64,000 nucleotides of DNA, taken from assembly GCA_963663545.1 (NCBI GenBank), contig OY760505.1, forward strand, positions 512,001 to 576,000, written 5' to 3'. The stretch's first letter is position 1. Every line of letters starts with the position of its first letter. Source of the stretch: Candidatus Delongbacteria bacterium (lineage in GTDB: Bacteria; CAIWAD01). Both the position numbers and the translations under genes were made by a program. The notes below the pieces were generated by a model that saw only the letters and a list, made by a program, of their open reading frames with translations, did no database searches and had not been told where the DNA came from. Below are positions 58,694-64,000 of this stretch, piece by piece.

Positions 58694-59605
58694 CTAGCGA
58701 AGAAGGACCATCTTGCGTGTTTCAAACTGGTTACCTGACTGCAGGCGGTAGTAGTAGACTCCACTGGGCAGACCGCTCGCGTCAAAGTTCACCGTGTGGG
58801 TTCCATGGTCCTGAAGGCCGTTTACCAGGGTACCGACCAGGGCACCGGAAAGGTCAAACACCTGCAAGCGCGTCATGGCCGTCTCAGTCAGGGTAAACTC
58901 GATCTTCGTGGAGGGATTGAAGGGATTGGGGTAGTTCTGCCTCAAAGCAAACTCTGTCGACAGCTCATCCGCTTCGGCGACAGGGCCCGTAGGCAGACCT
59001 TGCACGGTCATCGAGTAGGAAATCGGCTCCGGATGTCCCGAGAACGCATAAGTGCCGATCAGCAACCAGTAGTCGCCCGCAGCAAGGGTGATGTCAAAAG
59101 AGAAGACGCCCAATTCGCCAGTGTAAGTGCTCAAGTCGTAATCGTCCTCGCAATCCCGCGTTCCACTGTAGTTGCCACGTACCACCACATAGAACTCAAC
59201 CGCAGGATCTGTCTGGGCGTTGATCGAAAGCGTAGTTTGCTCCTCCAGGCTGAACTCATACCAGTCAATATCTCGCCAATTGCTGCCGTTATAGGTGAAA
59301 GTGAAAATTGTACCGCAGGTATGGGCGTGCAGGGACTGCGCCATGTATGGTGTGGCATTGCAGCCTCCATTCAGGTCCACTCCAGGTTCAGTGTGAGGCG
59401 GCAAATCTTCCAGAAAAGCACCCTCGCAATCCAGCTCGACCGCATTTCGCGCAACCATCAGTTCCGCAGGCGATGTTGGCGCCTTGTAGCCCGGAGGGGC
59501 TTGGTTGTCCGAAGAATCAACATGACGCTGGTTTATGGATGTAGCCTGCAGGCTGCCGCCCAGAGCTAGCGTAAGAAACAGCAAAATGATTGAAGAACGA
59601 GTCAT
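58694..59605 (-). CDS. Secreted protein with T9SS/Por-type C-terminal sorting domain
   Basis: Signal peptide; LRQNYPNPFNPST...LPSGVYYYRL...KMVLLR tail. Confidence 0.85.
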   Translation of the reverse strand: MTRSSIILLFLTLALGGSLQATSINQRHVDSSDNQAPPGYKAPTSPAELMVARNAVELDCEGAFLEDLPPHTEPGVDLNGGCNATPYMAQSLHAHTCGTIFTFTYNGSNWRDIDWYEFSLEEQTTLSINAQTDPAVEFYVVVRGNYSGTRDCEDDYDLSTYTGELGVFSFDITLAAGDYWLLIGTYAFSGHPEPISYSMTVQGLPTGPVAEADELSTEFALRQNYPNPFNPSTKIEFTLTETAMTRLQVFDLSGALVGTLVNGLQDHGTHTVNFDASGLPSGVYYYRLQSGNQFETRKMVLLR

Positions 59606-59901
59606 TAATCCCCCTTTGTTCTGAGCGCCGCCTTCTTCGGCAAACAGAAGCTTTGATAAGTTGTTTGTTGTTGATTTCCATCAGATTTTGCTGGTGCGTA
59701 CAAAGCAAGTTTTGCGCCAATCCAGAAGCAGCACAGTGACTACATTCCAAAGCTAGGAATAACGAACAGTTTTCGGGATATCGACGGATCTTGGACAGAG
59801 GTCGTTGTGAATTGCACACGTGAATCGGTCCACTAGAGAATGCATGCAAAAGGGCGACGCTCACGCATCGCCCTTGTGAAGCTCTTGGATGTGGACAGGG
59901 A

Positions 59902-60945
59902 TTAGAGACCGCGCTCGCGTTTGATGCGCTCGATCTCGTAGTTGGCCTGCTGCTTCCACTCACGAGTGCTGGCCGCCTCACCCAACGAAGCCAAAGCCTG
60001 CTGAATGTTCTCCAGCTGCTCCAAGGCCATACCACGCTCGTACTGAGCGCCGCCTTGGATGAAGCTCTTCTTCGATTTCAACTTGCCAACGTTGGCCAAA
60101 GCGTTGTCCGCGGCGGACACGGCCTTGGTGAACTCGCCAGCCATGTTATAGGCGTGTGCCTGCTGAAAGTAAATCTGGGCCAAATCACGGCTCTCGGGCA
60201 CAGCTTTGATGGCGCGGGCTGCGGCGCTGATGGCTTCCTGCGCCTTGCCGGATTCGACATAGGAGGTGACGAGCAGAATCCACGAATTGTCCTGATCCGC
60301 ATCCAACCCAAGACCGCGCTCGAGGTTGTTGATGGCATTCGCAAAGCTCTTGCGATCAGACTCGATGCGACCACGCAGACACCAGGCCTCAGCGTTGTTC
60401 GGCTCGCGCGCCAGCAGAAGGTCCATCGTGGCCAAACCGGCACCCACTTGCTGCAAGTCGCTGGCCTGCAGCTTTGCCAGCACCAACCAAGCCTTTGTGT
60501 AGCTGGAATCGGCGGCAATGGCACTCTGCAAGGCCGTCACGGCTGACCGGGCGTTACCAAGACCTTTCTCGGCCAGGCCCAGGCAGTAGAAGGGCTTGGG
60601 ATTGCTGGCGTCGGCGCAAGCCTCAATGGCACCTTCAGCCGCCGATTTGGCGGCAGCATAATCCTTGGCGCGCAAGGCGTCGTTGGCATTGTTGATGCCA
60701 GCGGCACAGGCAGCGGCCTCATTGTTGCTGGCCTGAAAATCACGAATCATGGATTGAATTTCGCGCCCGAGGGAGTTGTACTGATCCAGCAGGGCGTCGT
60801 ACTCTTCAGTACTGCCAGCCGAACCCATTTGCTGGCGCACATTCTCCAGCTCCTGCTTCTTCGCTTCGATTTCCGGGGTCTGCGCAAACATCCGGCCTGC
60901 CAGCAGCAGACAGACGAGCAGGGTGGTGGAAAACAGTCTCAGCAT
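59902..60945 (-). CDS. Exported tetratricopeptide-repeat protein
   Basis: Signal peptide, repeated TPR-like helices (AW..L/RG, A...A). Confidence 0.82.
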   Translation of the reverse strand: MLRLFSTTLLVCLLLAGRMFAQTPEIEAKKQELENVRQQMGSAGSTEEYDALLDQYNSLGREIQSMIRDFQASNNEAAACAAGINNANDALRAKDYAAAKSAAEGAIEACADASNPKPFYCLGLAEKGLGNARSAVTALQSAIAADSSYTKAWLVLAKLQASDLQQVGAGLATMDLLLAREPNNAEAWCLRGRIESDRKSFANAINNLERGLGLDADQDNSWILLVTSYVESGKAQEAISAAARAIKAVPESRDLAQIYFQQAHAYNMAGEFTKAVSAADNALANVGKLKSKKSFIQGGAQYERGMALEQLENIQQALASLGEAASTREWKQQANYEIERIKRERGL

Positions 60946-61031
60946 GGTACTCCTCGGTATTGTTGCTCAATCCTCAATTGTCCACTCCGTGTCACCAGGC
61001 CGAAGCTCCTTTGCGTGACACGACAATGTGC

Positions 61032-61063
61032 AAAAAAACCCCGTTGTGTGCTCACAACGGGGT
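61032..61063 (-). terminator. Intrinsic terminator after tRNA-Leu
   Basis: ACCCCGTTGTG-TGCT-CACAACGGGGT with T7 on the minus strand. Confidence 0.85.
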
Positions 61064-61065
61064 CA

Positions 61066-61149
61066 TGCCCGAGACCGGACTTGAACCGGTACGTCCGTAA
61101 GGACACCACCCCCTCAAGATGGCGTGTCTGCCAATTTCACCACTCGGGC
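61066..61149 (-). tRNA. tRNA-Leu(GAG)
   Basis: GCCCGAG acceptor, anticodon loop TTGAGGG, long variable arm, GGTTCAAGTCC; classic secG-tRNA-Leu synteny. Confidence 0.95.
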
Positions 61150-61156
61150 ATCAAAG

Positions 61157-61513
61157 CTATTCGCCGGAACCTTCCGTCGCGGGGACTTCGGGAACCACGG
61201 GAATATTCTCGTTGAAGCGCTGCACCGTCGCCTGCTCCTGCAGAGCGCGACTGGTGGCGGTCATCACCTCGCCGCTACCACCACGACGACTAAGCATCGT
61301 GGCCAGCAGGCACAGAAACAGGAACAGGGAGACCAGATAGATGGTCGTCTTGTGCAGAATGGTCGCCGCCTGACGGGATCCGAACGCAGCATCGCCACCA
61401 CCGGCACCCAGCGCAGCCAGACCGCCGCCCTTGGAGGATTGCATCAGCACCACCACCATTAACAGCGCGGCTACCAGCACGACCAGAACAATTACCAGGC
61501 TGTAGAAAAACAC
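61157..61513 (-). CDS. secG: Preprotein translocase subunit SecG
   Basis: VVLMQSSKGGGL, two TM helices, positioned after tpiA. Confidence 0.93.
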   Translation of the reverse strand: MFFYSLVIVLVVLVAALLMVVVLMQSSKGGGLAALGAGGGDAAFGSRQAATILHKTTIYLVSLFLFLCLLATMLSRRGGSGEVMTATSRALQEQATVQRFNENIPVVPEVPATEGSGE

Positions 61514-61525
61514 GCCTGCCTCCCC

Positions 61526-62290
61526 TTATTTCACCAGGCCTTCGGCAACGGCAATAATGTCGCCGAAATCCTCTGCCTTCAAACTGGCGCCACCGACCAA
61601 GGCACCATCAATGTCCGCCTGCCCCAGCAGTTCCGCCGCGTTGCTACCCTTCACGGAACCGCCGTAAAGGAGACGCAGATCACGCGCCACTGCCGAATCC
61701 AGTTCCGCCACCATGCGACGCACCATGTCATGCGCCTCCTGGGCCTGCTCCGGTGTAGCGACCACGCCCGTTCCGATAGCCCAAACGGGCTCGTAGGCAA
61801 CGGTGACCTGCTTCAGCAGATCGGTGGACATGTCGCCAAGCGCTCCGCGGATCTGTCGCTGCAACACGCTTTCCAGCTTGCCTGCCTCGCGTTCCTCGAG
61901 GGTTTCCCCTACGCAAAGGATCGGACGCAGCCCGGCTTCCAGCGCTGCCAACAGCTTGCGGTGAATCCACTCGTCGGTGTCATAGAAATACTGCCTGCGT
62001 TCACTGTGACCAAGGATCACCCAACCAGCGCCCGCGGAGCGGATCATCGGGCCGGAGATCTCTCCAGTGAAAGCACCGGAGTTGCGGTCGTGCAGGTTCT
62101 GGGCTCCCAGCGATATTTCGCTGTCGCCGAGCACTTCACCCACCGCAGTCAACGCAGTAAACGGCGGACAGACCAGGACATCCACGCGATGAACCCCGAG
62201 CACCTTGACCTTCAGCTGGCGAGCCAGGCTTACGGCCTCGTGGTTGGTCATGTTCATCTTCCAGTTGCCGGCGATCAGCAAGCGACGCAT
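61526..62290 (-). CDS. tpiA: Triosephosphate isomerase
   Basis: AGNWKMN, GHSERR, AYEPVWAIGTG, YGGSV. Confidence 0.97.
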   Translation of the reverse strand: MRRLLIAGNWKMNMTNHEAVSLARQLKVKVLGVHRVDVLVCPPFTALTAVGEVLGDSEISLGAQNLHDRNSGAFTGEISGPMIRSAGAGWVILGHSERRQYFYDTDEWIHRKLLAALEAGLRPILCVGETLEEREAGKLESVLQRQIRGALGDMSTDLLKQVTVAYEPVWAIGTGVVATPEQAQEAHDMVRRMVAELDSAVARDLRLLYGGSVKGSNAAELLGQADIDGALVGGASLKAEDFGDIIAVAEGLVK

Positions 62291-62475
62291 GGCTTCTTCC
62301 TTGTATGTCATTTCAGTTCGGCGACATTGCCGCGTGCGAACTGTGCTGCCATTTGCAGACGAGCACCTAGGATATAGTTTTTTCTTTTTTGAGGCAAGAG
62401 CCAATAGCGGAAAAGCACCGCATTCGGCAAAGAAAAGGGGCACCCCGTGGTGCCCCTTGACAAGTGTCGTTCCAT

Positions 62476-63675
62476 CTAGGACTGTTCCAGTGCCACCACA
62501 CCCGGCAACGCACGCCCCTCGAGCAGCTCGAGACTGGCACCACCACCGGTGGAAATGTGACTGAAGCGATCTTCCAGCCCGAAAGCCTTGACCGCTGCCG
62601 CGCTGTCGCCTCCACCTACAATAGACAGGCCGCCGCGACCGCGCATACCGCCCAGCGCACGTGCCACATCCTTTGTACCGGCTGCAAAATCTTCGATCTC
62701 AAAAACGCCCATCGGTCCGTTCCACACCGCCATGGCAGCGGCGTCAATGCGAGCTGCAAAAAGCTCTCGCGTGCGCGGACCAATGTCGACGCCGATCCAG
62801 CCTGCGGGCATTTCCTCACGATCAACGATGCGTGTGGCGGCTCCGGCTTCAACCTTCTCGGCTACCAGAACATCCACAGGCAGAAGTAGCTCGACGCCCT
62901 TCTTCTGGAAGAGCTCAAGAGTGTCTGCCGCCAACTGGATACGATCCTCTTCCAGCAGGCTGGCACCGATCTCCAATCCCATGGCTTTGAAGAAGGTGAA
63001 GATCATGCCGCCGCCCACCAACACCGCGTCGACTTTGTCCAGCAGATTGGTGATGACGTCGATCTTGCCGCTGACCTTGGCTCCGCCCAGCACCGCCAGG
63101 AAGGGACGTTTGGGCGCGGCCAGTTCGTCGGCCAGGAACTGCAGTTCCTTCTCCATCAGGAATCCGGCCACCCCCTTGCCCAGCAGCCGCGGAATCCCCT
63201 CCGTGGAAGCGTGAGCCCGGTGGGCGGTGCCGAAAGCGTCGTTGACGTAAAGCTCGCCCAGGCTGGCCAATGCTTTGGCGAAGTCGGGATTGTTCTTTGT
63301 CTCACCGGCGTGAAAACGCAGGTTTTCAAGCAACAGCACCTGACCGTCTTCCAGCTCATCCGCCATGCGGCGGGTATCGGCACTATCGCAATCGTGGCTA
63401 AGGGCAACTGGCTGTCCCAGCAGCTCTGCCAGTCGCTTCTGCACAGGTCGCAGGCTGTACTTGTCGTCACGCTCGCCGTCGGGACGCCCCAAGTGACTCA
63501 TCAGAATCACACGGGCGTTGTTCTCGAGCAGAAAGCGAATGGTGGGCAAGGCGGCACGAATGCGCAGGTCGTCGGTGACCGCACCCGTGGCCTTGTCCAG
63601 TGGAACATTGAAGTCGACGCGCACCAGCACACGCTTGCCCGCCGGCTTCAGGTCCCGTATGGTCTTGACGGGCAT
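62476..63675 (-). CDS. pgk: Phosphoglycerate kinase
   Basis: RVDFNVP, SHLGRP, NDAFGTAHRAHAS, STGGGASL. Confidence 0.97.
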   Translation of the reverse strand: MPVKTIRDLKPAGKRVLVRVDFNVPLDKATGAVTDDLRIRAALPTIRFLLENNARVILMSHLGRPDGERDDKYSLRPVQKRLAELLGQPVALSHDCDSADTRRMADELEDGQVLLLENLRFHAGETKNNPDFAKALASLGELYVNDAFGTAHRAHASTEGIPRLLGKGVAGFLMEKELQFLADELAAPKRPFLAVLGGAKVSGKIDVITNLLDKVDAVLVGGGMIFTFFKAMGLEIGASLLEEDRIQLAADTLELFQKKGVELLLPVDVLVAEKVEAGAATRIVDREEMPAGWIGVDIGPRTRELFAARIDAAAMAVWNGPMGVFEIEDFAAGTKDVARALGGMRGRGGLSIVGGGDSAAAVKAFGLEDRFSHISTGGGASLELLEGRALPGVVALEQS

Positions 63676-63684
63676 GGAATCCTC

Positions 63685-64000
63685 CTAGCCGAGCTCGTGC
63701 ATCTTCTTCACCAGGTCGACGACGCGGCAGCTGTAGCCCCATTCGTTGTCGTACCAGCTGACGATCTTCACGAAGTCACCGTTCATCACAGTCGTGGACA
63801 GCGCGTCAAAGACCGATGAATGATCGTTGCCGATCATGTCGACGCTCACCAGCGGCTCGTCGCAATACTCCAGCACACCCTTCATCGGACCGTTGGCGGC
63901 GGCCTTCATGGCGGCGTTGATCTCTTCGGCCGTGGTGCTCTTGACCAGCTTGACCGTCAGATCCACGACACTGCCGTCTTCCACGGGCACGCGCATGGCG
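63685..64000 (-). CDS. gap: Glyceraldehyde-3-phosphate dehydrogenase (3' part, truncated by window edge)
   Basis: RVP...[15 protein letters not shown]. Confidence 0.95.
   Translation of the reverse strand, partial: AMRVPVEDGSVVDLTVKLVKSTTAEEINAAMKAAANGPMKGVLEYCDEPLVSVDMIGNDHSSVFDALSTTVMNGDFVKIVSWYDNEWGYSCRVVDLVKKMHELG

Noticed and set aside
61021..61149. Integrative element at tRNA-Leu or tRNA-Gln
   Set aside because: No integrase and no duplicated tRNA 3' end found in the window

Overview
A roughly 60% GC bacterial chromosomal segment, mostly coded on the minus strand. The T9SS-like C-terminal tail and the gene content suggest an FCB-superphylum lineage (inference). Housekeeping genes: tRNA-Gln, ndk, carbamate kinase, two histidine kinases and a response regulator, two tandem glutamate dehydrogenases next to a receiver/PPDK-N fusion, dcp, sucA-sucB-lpdA, and gap-pgk-tpiA-secG-tRNA-Leu. 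There are two accessory zones. The first is a metal-uptake cluster with two TonB-dependent receptors, a His-rich lipoprotein and a His-rich leader ending in a RAPP arrest motif. The second (about 28-43.5 kb, plus 52.4-56.8 kb) is a modular envelope cluster of FGE/C-type-lectin-fold proteins, PEGA proteins, LPP20-like lipoproteins, a TlpA thioredoxin and a TA pair. The main unexplained signals are: (1) a DGR-type variable region and a shared 3' end in two FGE genes, with no RT or template repeat in the window; (2) a strongly over-represented palindromic heptamer GTRWYAC (about 160 copies by manual count); (3) a 109-bp tandem array of tRNA-like cloverleaves directly behind tRNA-Gln; (4) a dispersed (ACCGAT)n-flanked variable-hairpin repeat family. 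No CRISPR array, integrase, transposase or RT was seen. All calls come from reading the sequence; no database searches were run.
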